NCBI RefSeq assembly: GCF_018977255.1
Contig: NW_024704742.1
Span: forward strand, 103,294,001 to 103,358,000
From: Callorhinchus milii
Lineage: Eukaryota
Reading direction: 5' to 3'
DNA: 64,000 bases
Below are positions 37,796-50,622 of the stretch, piece after piece (position 1 is the stretch's first letter; each line of letters opens with the position of its first letter). The position numbers and the translations under genes were made by a program. The notes beneath the pieces were generated by a model, which saw only the letters and a program-made list of their open reading frames with translations, ran no database searches and had not been told where the DNA came from.

Positions 37796-38458
37796 CATTA
37801 TTCAGAAAGGTGTGGATATGGTTACCTCTATATTTCCTAATGCTTTTTGTTCACCGTAGTTGTTTCCATCTTTTACTTATCCACTGCATTTTCTCTCTAA
37901 GTAACAAAAGTATGTTGTGTAGGTAAATATGCCTAATTTTCAGCATTTTTTAATGGTTTCCTTAAAGAACATCTGTGGGAATGCTACTCTAACTTGATAC
38001 TAATGCTACTCCCCGAGTTGTGTTCCTCTGATCCCACTGAATGGGAATCCTAAGAAATGATGCAAATTAGACCACAATATTTGAGATTCTTATCTTTTTT
38101 ACATTTGTAAAATATTATATTAATAATATTCCTTGCATTGGATAAAGGTCCTTTCATGTCAGTAGGACAGCTCAAAGCGCTTCAAAGCATATACTGTAAG
38201 GTGTAGTGACCGTGTATATTGTTAGCATAAAATAATCACATTTAGTATTGTTCAGCTAGTTTACAATTAGTACAACAGAATACAATAACATTGAGGTACC
38301 TGTGGCCTGACGTGAAGTGAGTGAGGGAGGTGAACAACACCTCAAAGATGGGAAATAAGCAGAGTGCTCAAATAAATTTATATAATCACTGTTATCGGTC
38401 TGTGTGGCCTCCTTCAAACCCACCCACGTTTTGCTTATAATTTTCTGTGTTCCCACAG

Positions 38459-38548
38459 CGCTGACTCTCAATTGTCTCCAGAACTGCCTTTGCTCTGACA
38501 GCGCGATGAAGAGCTTCCTGGGGTTTTATTGTTATGTCATAAGGCCTC
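38459..38548 (+). other. Candidate 90-nt internal exon (unidentified)
   Basis: Acceptor TTTTCTGTGTTCCCACAG, donor GTACGT; only the phase-1 frame is open (LTLNCLQNCLCSDSAMKSFLGFYCYVIRP); no homology recognised. Confidence 0.2.
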
Positions 38549-39270
38549 GTACGTGATTGTTGGTTAACTGCCTCAATGATGAATCCTGATGTCTGCTGGA
38601 AGCAGATTTGGGTATTTCTGACAACTGGTTAAATCAGCTCTCGACCCTGGAACTGCTCATGAGCCAGATTTTTCTACATTCTCCAGGTTATTAAATCTGC
38701 ATGTAATTTGCTTTGGAATTGATTCACACTGAAGGAAAATTGATTGTCTTCATAGACAACAGAAATCTGAAAGCTATGTGAACTGGCAACCCAATGTCCT
38801 TGAAGCAGGAGAGGGGAACTGCAGGACCTGAGTCAGAATCTAGTTCTCATAAATTATAGGCCCCAAAGCTCAAAAGAAGCTTTGAAACTAAATGCTGTGT
38901 TTTTTTATTTTTTATTGAGTTCATTTAAAGTCTTTCATTCCAATTTTTGTCATAAGTATAGTTAACAAAACATGTTGAACTGGAATAATTTCAAACTTGG
39001 AACGTACAATGGAGAAAGAAGCTCTGGGGAAAAGAAGGATAAAATACAATAAATTTTGATTTACAAATGAAACTGGTACACTCAGTACTAACTACAATAT
39101 TAATGAATTGATATTGTTGATATTGATCCCACAAGTAAAATTTGAGGCAATCTGGACAGTTTTTAACGGTTTGGTAAATTAAAAATACATTCTGCTAAGT
39201 AAATCCTCTCATAAATGTACTGTAAACTGCTGTAAATTGCAGGGTTTAATCCCCATGTTCGGAAAGCTGC

Positions 39271-39345
39271 ATGGAATCTGAGGATATTTTTGAAAAATTG
39301 TTGGAGGAATTGGTTATTTACAGCAGCAATGTAAATGGTATCCAG
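39271..39345 (+). other. Candidate ATG-initiated coding exon (MESEDIFEKLLEELVIYSSNVNGIQ)
   Basis: ATGG start with an in-frame stop upstream, 25 open codons, strong donor CAG|GTAAGA; no homology recognised. Confidence 0.25.
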
Positions 39346-39514
39346 GTAAGAATAACTCACTCAAGAGCATTGCATGAAAAGTACTGCTTTTACAAACAAT
39401 TATTTACTGTTAGAAAGCAAAAAAAATTGAAGAAAAACTGAAGATAATTAAGATCCAGAAATGATCAATAAAAACGCAATCTTGTTTTTTAGTTTGGTCA
39501 GGGGGGAGTCTAAC

Positions 39515-39700
39515 ATATGCAGAAGCCCATCACCCTGCTTAAGAGTATCCAAATCAAAATCAGAGTTCCATACATGGAAATTTCCGTATTTGGAAAGGAA
39601 TGTACACCTTATCCCTGGAGGGATGAATCCTGTTTACCTAATCTGGACAGAATTAGTGCAGGATGGCAAGAACCAAGGCTTGGGGACTGCACAGTGAGCA
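39515..39700 (-). repeat. Third copy of the unclassified repeat
   Basis: GCAGAAGCCCATCACC...ATCCAAATCAAAAT...CCCTGGAGGGA...ATCCTGTTTACCTAAT aligns with 27773-27950. Confidence 0.65.
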
Positions 39701-39874
39701 AAGGTACCTCAATGCAATTCCACTAGTTTGATGATACTACACTTCGACTTTAAAAGCTTCTTGGTGGTAGATGGTAAGAGAAAGGAAAGGTGAAGGTGAG
39801 AAGAGGTGATACAACCTTTAGGTTCTGGAAAAAATTGAATTAGAGCAGTGGACGTTGCAATGAATTTATATTAA

Positions 39875-40240
39875 TTATAATCCTTACATTTCATGTCGTG
39901 CCTTTCACATCAGGAGGACATCTCAAAGTGCTTCACTGGATCTAATGTAAATTGCAGTGATCAATTACGGCAACTAAGTTGCAAACAGCAGTGTCCCTCA
40001 TCCAGTCATGGAGTGATTGATCAATTTTATTTGGGGGATTGTTGGCCAGAACACCAGGAGAAATTTGCTTCTCTTTTCAAATAGTACCATGGGATCTTTA
40101 ACATCTACCTGAACACGTAGACGAGACCTTGGTTTAACATCTCATTTGAAGAAATAGCACCTCCGACAATGCAGTGCAGGATTTTTGAGTGTCATCCTGG
40201 ACTATATGAGCTCCAAGTTCCAACATGGGGCTTGAACTCA
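39875..40240 (-). mobile_element. Deu-domain SINE
   Basis: AATAGTACCATGGGATCTTTAACATCTACCTGA...AGCACCTCCGACAATGCAG...GGGGCTTGAAC. Confidence 0.85.
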
Positions 40241-41009
40241 ACAGAGGGAAGAGGAGGAGGAAGAATGTATTAAACATCTGCGGAAACATCTTTCTATGGC
40301 TTCCTAACCTTGAGAGCGAAACCACTGAATTCTGAGCAACCAGATTATAACAGAAACTTTTTTTTGTATTAATTTCAGGATGCGGGTGACTCTGGTAGGG
40401 CAAGATTTTGTTGTTTGTTGCCCTGAGAAAGTTGTAATGGAAAAATCTGTTGATGTCTTCATATCTTTATTGAAGACACAATGTGTGATCTGTGTGTCCA
40501 TGGAGGCAGAGGGAATAGAAGCCAAATTGAACTAGATCATTAGGCTTGTGAAAGCGACTTATGAATAAGAACATCAAGTTCTCAAATGGCATTCCTCAAT
40601 AAGGCTTTTCAAACCCTCATGGAACAATTTGTGTTGATGAATGTGCAAAACTGTGCATGACTAATGAGTATACAGAGTAAGATTTGCAGCAATTTTGCTA
40701 TTGTTTTTAGTTTCAATTGGACAGCCAAAATGGATTTCGTCAGTAGACAATGAGAGGTGAGAATGAGGTTTCATTGGGCTGTGATGTATAATTGCTCCAA
40801 CAAATATACAAAATTAGCACTTTTGTAATAAAATTAGAATTGATAGTGACTGTTGCTGCACTTTGATTACTCTGTCTACTCCCTACTCTGACATGAATAA
40901 AATGATAAATAATGATAAGGTCAGATTTGTCCAATTATTTAGAATTTTCGCTTGCTGTCACACCTGAAGAAAAAATTGAATTGAAGATGGGACAGCAAAT
41001 AAATAAAAT

Positions 41010-41421
41010 GTGATTGGATTTAAAAATTTAAGATCAAATGGAAAATAATTTCCACTGATGGGGAAGTCAGTGACTAGGGCCATAGTTATAACATACTCAC
41101 AAGAAGAGTGAAAGGAGAACTTATGAGAAATGTTTTCATTTAGAGAGCTGTAGGGATGCGGAATATCCTATCAGTAAGGTGATAGATGCAGAATCCATTG
41201 TGAGTTTTAATAGGGAAGTAGACATGTATATGAACGATAGAAGCTTGAAGACGTACTACAACAACAACAACAACAAAATTACATTTATAGAGCGCCCTTC
41301 CCGTCAGGAGGAAGTCCCAAAGCGCGTACAGGGCTAAGGTTCGTTCAATTCCAATCGACTGAGACCCAGCGCAGACTCGATGGGCCGAATGGTCTGTGGT
41401 CCTATAAATTTCTGTGATTCT
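41010..41421 (+). mobile_element. Old CR1 3' end containing a 68-bp antisense L2 tail insertion (41257-41324)
   Basis: FPLMGKSVTRG...; 3'UTR GACTCGATGGGCCGAATGG...TTCTGTGATTCT; CGTAC duplicated at 41252-41256 and 41325-41329. Confidence 0.8.
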
Positions 41422-42029
41422 AATTGGGGCCGTAAGTCATGCCTATTGAGTTTCTCTTAGGTGACAGAAGCAGATATCCTAAAAGGTCACAAATCAACAT
41501 AAGAGAAGTCTCAATTTTTTTTATAAGAGCAATTTTAAGACATGACAAGAATGCAAGAAGTTCTTTCTTTTTTCTTTCTTATAGTTAGTATATTTAGTCT
41601 CGATTCACCCAATGAGTGTGTGTCCGCCTATGAGGTGTATGTACACATGAGATCCCGCCACTCTTTAATGCTAGTCGATTAATTTGATCATTCCCGCCAG
41701 ACAACAATGTATTCAACATTAGTATTAGAAAATAAATATTCTTAGAACACCTGTTAATATGAATGCCATTAGTCTGGCTGGCAGAATTCCTACATGTTAA
41801 GTAGATTATGATAGATCATTGACAATACTATTCATCTTTGATAATCAAAGATTATCTCTGGAGTCCTTACTAATAAGATTCAGCTTAGCATCTGTATTGA
41901 CTGATAGTGTGAGAGAAAAACTTTCAAAGTGGAGATCTTTCCTGAGATATTGACCCCCGATACAGCTGATCTCAGGAACCACAAGTAATGAAATCACAAG
42001 AAAGTGTGAAAGTCTATTACCCATTGATC

Positions 42030-42335
42030 TCATTCTTCCAAATTACCCACCCTGACGTCCTCCTATTAGAGCATCAAGATGTTTCCAGGGTCTTAGTCTC
42101 AACCACCCTTCATGGTAACCTCTTCCAGTTGTTAATTTTCTCCTGATAATTTTCCTGGTGTCTATCCTGAGACTATCCTTTGCAACCTGGAAGTTGTGTT
42201 CTCTTGTTCTGCCGCTTTGATATTTCTGAAATTGCTCTGGGTTTACTTTCTCAATCCCATTTCAGATCTTGTATATCTGTATCAGGTACCCTGTGAGACA
42301 TTTTATCTCAAGGCTGAAGAGCACTAGCTTGTGTA
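42030..42335 (-). mobile_element. Old CR1-like ORF2 C-terminal fragment
   Basis: Minus strand LVLFSLEIK...YLIQIYKI, TREHNF-like segments. Confidence 0.55.
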
Positions 42336-42387
42336 GGTATCATTCTTCTAACACTAGGGATTATTCTCATTGCTCTCCTTTGCACAG

Positions 42388-42429
42388 TTGAAAGATTGTT
42401 TGAACGTCACATGATGAAATGTGTTTTCT
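42388..42429 (+). other. Candidate 42-nt symmetric microexon (unidentified)
   Basis: Branch-like TTCTAAC at 42346, acceptor TTGCTCTCCTTTGCACAG, donor GTAAGA; only the phase-1 frame is open (ERLFERHMMKCVF). Confidence 0.25.
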
Positions 42430-43784
42430 GTAAGAAATCCCCTGTACGACCTGTTGACTCGTGAGACTTCGGCTCTGACGCTTTGGCTTGAAACCTGCGT
42501 CCTTCGGACGCCATGTGGCTGAGTGCAACACTCCTTGACCATCAGAGGAATCACTTTTAAGTATTTTATTTGGTTGAAAGCAGCATATATTTTAAATACT
42601 CTTGAAATACGAGCAGTCAGAAACGGTTAACTGAAATTAATCTTTAAATTCTACAAGGTAAAGTAATCATACACAAAGCCTTAAAGCACACAGAATCTCA
42701 GCTTTGGGGCTCCCCAGAGAGGGCAGGTTACATCACAAACTAAGTGCTTTCAATTAAATAAAGGTCTGTTCAACTCCCCAGACAGTGAATCTGATGTTTT
42801 CCTTTGGTGTCTTGACAATTAGAAGGCCATCCTTACTGGTTTATAGTGATCTTGCAATTGCCTTAATAATGGCTGAAACCTAATGGGTAGATGCTCACTG
42901 GTGGGAGGAAATCAGGTATAAAATTCTACTTTAGGACAAGGCATCAGTGGTATGATCGATTTTCTGTGTCAATAAAACCTTTCAATTTCAAGACAGCAAT
43001 AACCTTGACTTAAAGATGTGAGGGGAAAAATAATCAGCCAGGGTTTCCACTCCTGAAATATAATGTTTTGCCCACAATATACACTTTGCAATATATTCTG
43101 TGAAGCGCTTTGAGATGTCTCAACAAAGTGATAAGGTGCTATATCAAATGTAAGGAATATTATGTTAGTCATGATGGCCTTGGCTATGAGGTCCTCCATG
43201 GTGAACAGCCTGTCATTACATGCCAGAAATACTTATTCATTCTTTGTGTGAAAATATCTAATACTTAACCTTGAAATGTTATCATGTAAAATCCATTAAA
43301 ATGCACAAAATCAGTATTTACAAAAAATACACTATATTTTAAAAATGACTTTTATCCATTCATATGTGGCTGGGGCTGTATCCTCAGTGTAATAGGATTC
43401 CAGAGGTGCGTTTTCAAGGTGATTAATTACAGCATCGATATGTCAGTCGCTCTGCCAGGAAGGACAGAAGGTAACTACCCTGTTGCCATCTGTACAGAGA
43501 CAGTGTCAAGGGTGAGAAAATGATAGAGCTCAGTACATAGCATTCTGAACTTGAATTAACCAGTGCAGAAAAGTTTACCAAGCACGACTTCATAGGTATT
43601 CAGGACATTAATAGTGATAACATTTTAGACATTGATTAGTGAATGTGTGTTGGTTTTTTTACCTGTGCTGTCTTATGGAGATGATAAATAGAAGTAGAAT
43701 AAAAAATAGAAATCTACAGTCTTCCCAGCAAAGCTTTATGGATCTGATTCCCTATATCTGTGAGGAGAGAAATTCCATCTGGGT

Positions 43785-43894
43785 CTAGATTGCTTCTATT
43801 TTCTTAGCATTTCAGAGCCAGCAAAATGTCTCAAATTCAACAATTTAACAAATTCTTGACATTCAAAGATGTTAAGAAATTAGAGTAAATCTAC
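43785..43894. repeat. Second, shorter MITE-like inverted repeat
   Basis: Ends CTAGATTGCTTCTATTTTCTTAGCAT / ATGTTAAGAAATTAGAGTAAATCTAC resemble each other's complement and the arms at 6664-6838. Confidence 0.5.
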
Positions 43895-44099
43895 AAAATG
43901 CCAACTCACTATGTATATCCTGTGAAGTGCTTTGAGTTGACCTTGCAATGCGAAGGGCACTATATCAAATGCAAGAATTATTATTGTTTAAAATGAAAAG
44001 ACTGTAGAGAAGCTGAGTGAACTCCACATTTTCTTACAAAAATATTAATAAAATCAAACAATTTATTCTATTGCATATAACACATGTATATTGTATATA

Positions 44100-44568
44100 C
44101 AAGGTCCAAATAATACATAACTCTGCCACCCATATGTTCACACACACCAAACTCTGCAAGCACATCACCCCAATCCTCACCAGGCTCCACTGGCTCTGTC
44201 TTGAATATATCAACCTCAGGATCCTCATTCTCTCATATAAATCACTTCGTGTCCGGGCACTTCGCTACCTCTTTGACGTCTGCCCACCCCCTTCACCCAA
44301 CTCCTACAGACATTGTCCGTTCTCTCGAGGCTACTATCAGTGGCCGTACCTTCAGCTACTATGCCCCTAATCTGCCTTTCCCCCTCCCTGACTCAATCTC
44401 TCCGGCTCATCCCTCTTCTATCCTAAAATCCCACCTGAAGACTTACCTCTTTGACCTCACCTATGATCACCTTCCCATTCTTCCTTGTTTGGCATCCAAC
44501 ATTGCCTCTGTACAGCATTTCGAGACACTTTCATGTAGGAGTGGTGCCAAATAAATGCACATTGTTGT
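44100..44568 (+). mobile_element. Old L2 3' fragment
   Basis: QIIHNSA...HITPILTRLHWL; SGRTFSYYAP...KSHLKTYLF. Confidence 0.85.
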
Positions 44569-46679
44569 ATTTGTAGAGTGATTGAACTCCATAATTCAAG
44601 CCACACTGTGACACTGACTTTGTAACATTTGCTTCGCGATTCGACTCCTCAGATTTTTTTTATTCAGTGCCGTATTGTTTCAAATCATTACTTTTCTATT
44701 TCACAAATACAGGTCTCAAATCAGGCATAAGGAATAATTATTATTAATAATAATATTTCTTGCATTTGATACAGCGCCTTTCACATTGCACGGTCATCTC
44801 AAAGCAGTTCACAGGATATACTGAAAGAAAGAAAACTTACAATGTAAGTTTAAACAACCTAAGGAGCAAATAAACTAGTAACAAGTGAACACATGCTAAA
44901 ACCTGCCCTTGGAAACATTAGTCAAAGGTGGAACAAGTGATCCCTATTGGATTGAGAACAATTCATCTATAATTTAATAAAGGGCTTTAATGCATTTGGT
45001 TCCTGTGAGGTGCAGTTTAGCTTCAGCCTGATACAGAACATATCTCCACTGTGTCATGTTGCATGTTCTGACTAGTTATTCCCTGGGTTTTCTCCCAGTA
45101 GCCATATTGTTTCCTGCCTCCTGCTAATCTTCAGCAAGCTCCTGGATATCTCATTGTACCTAATTATTTTGCAACTGCATTAAAAATCTTTGGTATGCTC
45201 TTTGTAGGCTATTTTTTATGTACCATGCCAGGATATGTGTGAGCTAATTAATCTCCATACGTATGCCTGAGTTTGTTACACCTCAGTAACTGATTAGCTT
45301 TATTACAAATCTCATAGTGATTGTTGCTGTTGTTATTTATCTACAGGTAGAAGACCGATCCCCAGGTATATTATGCAACAACAATTTGAATTTACATAGC
45401 AGCTTTTTCACAGGATAGCGTCTTGCAGGAGGGGATCATAGTCATGGTCAAAGAGGTAGGACTTCAAAGTATGCAGGTATACCACTGGCTGGCTCTTTAA
45501 TTCAGCTACATTCTCAGTTCCAGTGGATTTAATTATTGATCCTGCCCTCTGTGCTATTTAGATGAGCATCGATAGTTCCCTATAAAACTACACTCTATGA
45601 TTTTCCGCACTACTGATGTCAAGCTCTGCTTCTTGTTTGATCCTGTTTTGGTGACTTGATTCAATTCTCTACCTCCCAGTCTTCGGTATAGATTTATGGA
45701 CATGTTTGAAATATTAACCAATCTTACAAATATTTTCCCTCATTTGCTTGAGAATTCTTGGGTGTGTCTCCTCAGGCCAAGATTCTCTATATACAGTTAT
45801 TTATGTATATGGTGTATATACTCACCCCCTCCTTATCTACCTTTATATCCCACATTAAAACCTATGTATTTGACTGTGCCTAAGGGCACTACCATCTTTT
45901 TTCTTCCTTAGCATCCAAGCATCCAATCCTCTCATTGTGCAGCATTCTGAGATACTATATTGGGTGAAGGGTGTTATATTAATGCAAGTTGTTGTTGTTC
46001 TGTTGCTTTGAGTTTTGTAATAACCCCACTTCACAGGTATCTAGATAAATTAAACATCCCTGAATCAGATTAACTGGATGAGAAATATATTGAACACACT
46101 TTATTTATAATGGATGTTGTAAATAATTTATTTAACACACTTCCTAGTTCCTGAGTCCCCATGACATTTGCACCCAGTTTATGGTTTATTTGGTCCTAAC
46201 ATTCTACTTTGTGCATAGCTAAAATATTTTGATTGTGCTTTCTTGGTGATCCACCTTTCTATTATCCTCTTACCCCTTCAGATGTTCAGGATAGTTTGTT
46301 TCTAAAGATATTTTTGTCGGACACATAGTCCTCATCAATTATAGTTTCCTGTATCTTTTACATTTATTTTAATCTTCAGGTTATTTCTGATCATCATTCT
46401 GGTGCTGTTGACTGCATTATTTTTCTTCATGTTTTTGATAATGCTTTAATACTTTGCCCATTTCATATGTTGACACTAACTTTATCTACAGCAGAAACTT
46501 TTGCAAAGAAAACATGTTGAAACTTCCCACCACATTGTTTGCCTTGCTTGTCTTTCTTCTTCCTTCTCCATTTGCCTCCTATGAGCAGACTGAAAAACCT
46601 CTTTTTATTTACCTAATTTCCTTTATGGGTTATCTTTTCCAGATTTCTCTATCCCAGATAACATTTTTTACAGAAAAAT

Positions 46680-46942
46680 GGAGCCTTCAGCCTCTCAGGT
46701 CCTACCCTTTGGAACTCCATCCCACATTCACTTCACCACCCTCCTTCCCTTGCCTCCTTCAAGGCACATCTCAAGACCCACCTCTTCGATCTTGACTTTG
46801 GCCACACTTCTACCCTTTCTGCCCTCCACCCTCCTTTACCCCAACCCACTCCACACCCCCTTGCTCAGGTCCAAATCCCTGACTGTCCAGCGCCTTGGGA
46901 CGTCATTCCAATGTGAAAGTCACTATACAAATATAATTTTGT
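46680..46942 (+). mobile_element. L2 3' end
   Basis: GCCTTCAGCCTCTCAG...TGGAACTCCATCCC...CCAGCGCCTTGGGACGTC. Confidence 0.85.
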
Positions 46943-47765
46943 ATTTTGTAAGTTGCATTTGTAGTGTGTGGGTCAAGGTCGTGGTACAGTATTTTGGAGC
47001 CCGTCAGTGGAGGGGCTCAGTTTCCCACACTCTGTTGTGTCCTGTGTTTCTGTGAGATCTTCCAGCCATCTTAAGGTCCCTGTCAGATGTTCAATTCTTG
47101 TGTGCTCCATATTTCTTTTCTAGCTAATGCGCAATTGTGCTAATAGCACAATTCTCTTAATTACAGGCTCAGTCTGTTTTTGACTAAGGATCCACTTCAG
47201 CAAATCCCCTTTAATCTAATTCTAATTGCATAAATACTTGAGAAAAATTAATATTGAAGGTATTAGGGATTGGAGGACAAAGCTCCGGTTTTTAACACAG
47301 GAATGCTAAGGTCAATTGAAGCACATTCCACTGCTACCTGAGTTAAATCAGCAATAGAATAAACCCAGTACTGGCCTCAGTCCCACTCCATATGGTGCAG
47401 TGTCCGCTGAGCTGTTTAACTATATTCAGAAATACTTTTGGTTCTCACTTCTTCGTGATTGTAGAAGAGTTACCCTGTTAAAAGTACTTCTGCTGTGACC
47501 AAAATGGTGTCACTGAGTATTGACAGATTTTTCTTTACTTCTTCTCAGTCAGCCACATTTTGAACATTCAAAGTGAAAGAAAAAGTGTGAACTTGCTAAG
47601 TGTTTTTAAGTGAAATGTGATTAAAAGCCTGTTCGTCAGTTATTAGAGGCTCTCCAAGTGCTCAGAGATGCCTGGTTTTGACAGAGACACCTGAGCTAAT
47701 GAAAAGCCTTCAAGCTGCAACTTAAAGTGTTGAGATTATCCTGAAGGTGGAGGACAAACAGTCTC

Positions 47766-48033
47766 AGGGAACTCTCTCCCTTAATCCTTTCGCCTTGCAC
47801 CCTCTCTCCCCGCTTGAAGACCTTCCTCTTCGACCGTGCCTACGGTCACCTCCCCCTCCGCTGGCTCAGCATCGGGCTCCACCACTGTTAACAACAACAA
47901 CAATCTGCACTTATATAGCACCCTCCATGCAGGGTAGTGTCTCAGAGTGCTTGGTATATTCTGTGTTAAGTTCTCCGAGATATCGTCCAGCGTGAAAGGC
48001 GCTTATAAATGTAAGTTGTTGTTGTTGTTGTTG
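47766..48033 (+). mobile_element. Composite of L2 3' ends (includes an antisense tail at about 47890-47952)
   Basis: GGAACTCTCTCCC..., AACAACAACAATCTGCACTTATATAGC, AAAGGCGCTTATAAATGTAAG(TTG)n. Confidence 0.75.
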
Positions 48034-48814
48034 TAGAATAGACTTCCCAAGAATTACTGAATTTAAGAATTTTCCATAATTGTGAGCGATCTTAATTTTT
48101 GAGAAAAAATTGTCTTTTTTCTTAAAAAGCTAAGATTAGGTGGATTCTACTCCTTTATGAATTGAGACATACAAATTGGGCTTCCTGCTCCACAGCGCTG
48201 TGCTCCTGAGAGTGACTGCGACATAAATACTCTCCTATTTCAATGCAACCTTCTGTTTATCAAAGTCATTCTGTATCAAGCCATGAGTAGATAGATAGGA
48301 ATCCACAAGGGAATGGTACTTGGTTTCTGCTTCGTGTCTAACTCTTTTATGATGATCTAACATCAGGAACTCAATCATGAGCAGACTATGTAAGTCCAAC
48401 TCTCTCTTTGGTAGAGCAGGTTTGAATCCAATATCATTAGTCTAGCCTTGTTTGGTTCTAAGTTATGTTAAGTGCTTGGGTTTTTCGTTTAAGTCCTGGC
48501 AAATCAGCCCAGCCAAGATGAGGAATTTTGAATCTGGAGACTTGGTAGCTTGTCCTTTCTGCACCGCTCTTGGCTACAGTGGGAGCAGCAGAAATAAGAT
48601 ACAGGGCATGGGGGTGGGAGGAGTTTTCATCAAGAAACTTCTTAGTGTCTATTCAAACTGCACAATAAATAAAATAATAATGTGCAGGATATTCCTGTTA
48701 CACTGCGGAGATTAAGCTACTAAAATGAGTTCACACCTTATCCAGAAAAACAGAGGTACTAAAGTCTAATTAACTACAGTATTAAATTAAGTTCGCGGAG
48801 GGGGCAACACGTAA

Positions 48815-49930
48815 GCAAATTTCCTTACTCCACACACCTCTATTTATCTAGCAGTAAGTGGGAACTCTGTTGTTAGCTGATTGGCTGATTGATTTACGGG
48901 GATAATAATTTAAAAAAATTAATATATATTAATTTGGTCACTCAATCCAAGACTGTTTGCAGATGAATTTCAATGTGGAGAAATGCGAAGTAATGCATTT
49001 TGGCAGAAAGAATGAGGGGAGGCAATATAGGCTGGTAACACAAACTTAAGTGGGGGGTTAAAAGAACAGAGAGACCTTTGGGTGCAGGTAAATGAACCCT
49101 TGAAGGTGGCAGGACCGGTAGATAAAGCTGTAAAAAGGGCATATGGAATACTAGGCTTTATAAATAGGGGCACAGAGTACAAGTCAGGAGGTTATGATTA
49201 ACCTATATAAAACACTGGTTAGGCCTCAGTTAGAATACTGCGCCCAGTTCTGGGCACCACACTGTAGGAAGGATGTTAAGGCATTGGAAAGGGTGCAGAG
49301 GAGATTTACGAGGATGGTACCAGGACTGAGGGACCTTGATTATGAGGAAAGGCTAGAGAGGCTGGGATTATTGTCATTGGAGCAGAGAAGGTTACGAGGA
49401 GACCTAATAGAGGTCTTCAAAATCATGAGGGGATTTGATAGGTTAGAAAGTGAAAAACTGTTTCCACTGGTGGGTGTGTCGGTGACTCGAGGTCACAGAT
49501 TTAAAATAGTTTCTAAAAGAAGCAGAGGGGAGGTGAGAAGAATTTTTTTCACGCAACGAGTTGTTCAAATCTGGAACGTATTGCCTGAAAGGGTGGTCGA
49601 GGCCGATTCGATAACAACTTTTAAAAATGCGGTGGATGGGTATTTGAGGAGGAATGGTCTGCAGGGTTATGGGGAAAGGGCTGGGGAGTGGGATTGATAT
49701 TACATTGCTCTTTTCAAAGAGCCGGCATAGACTCGATGGGCCGAATGGCCTCTTTTTGAGCTGTACGATTCTATGATTCTATGTTTGTGAGACAATGTTG
49801 TGTGCAATTGGATGCCCTATTTCGCCCACAAAATACAGTCACTACACTTTACCGTATATTCTGTGAAGCACTTTGAGATGTCTCAACAACATATACCAAA
49901 GGGCCATACCAAATGCAAGGAATATTATTA
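48815..49930 (+). mobile_element. tRNA-SINE split by a CR1 insertion
   Basis: SINE middle at 48815-48959 resumes at 49782-49930. Confidence 0.88.
48960..49781 (+). mobile_element. CR1 LINE 3' end with open ORF2 C-terminus (49194-49697)
   Basis: LYKTLVRPQLEYCAQFWAP...FFTQRVVQIWN...GYGERAGEWD*; tail ATTCTATGATTCTA; TSD TGTTTG. Confidence 0.97.
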
Positions 49931-50550
49931 GTATTACAGCAGTTTGTTTAACAACCAAAGTGAAAAATGTCCCCTCTTAGTTAACCAAGTGTAATTGTAC
50001 ATTAATTATGCAATGAGAACTACAAAAATATTATTTGCAGAAGATCATGTCAGGGTGCTGGTAAGAGGAGCCGAGTGGGATGAATCCTGTTCCTTAGTTA
50101 TATGTCTAAATCCTATTGATAAGCCAGGGAGGCTGGTTCTTCTTCAAAAGTACCCTTAAAATCTATGGACCTGCCTGGCTCAGTCATTGGATCCTTGAGC
50201 CCAGAAAGATGGTTTTTAGCTCTGTTTTCCTCTTCACCAGGCATTTTGCCAGCTCAATACCAGAGAGACTCTGCTTACCTCCTGCCAAGGAAGACATTCA
50301 CAAGTTGGTCAAATTTAAAAGCCAGGGTGAAAAACATAGTTTTAGTGGAGAGAAGGGTAATTAGAAAATGCTTTGACACTATTGTTTTTTTCTTCTTTTC
50401 TTGAAAATGTGCTTTGCTCTTTGCTAACTTAGTCTTTAATTCAGACATATTAGTGATTTAACAGCAGTTCTAAAAGCTATTAATTTAATAATTCTCTATT
50501 AGGACTTGTAATATTAGATTAATGGTTTGTGTTTGAATACTTGCACTTAC

Positions 50551-50622
50551 CTGACCTAGCTAGAGGTGACTAGAATAAACCGTTTTTCTTTGCTGAAGCG
50601 CTGCCTTGCCACTATATTCTTC
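50551..50622 (-). other. Candidate 72-nt non-coding or stop-containing exon
   Basis: Minus strand CCTAAT branch-like site, TATTCTATTTCAG acceptor, consensus CAG|GTAAGT donor; stop codons in all three frames. Confidence 0.3.

Noticed and set aside
50272..50300. Possible 3-nt minus-strand microexon (TTCCTTGGCAG GAG GTAAGC)
   Set aside because: Cannot be distinguished from chance without expression data
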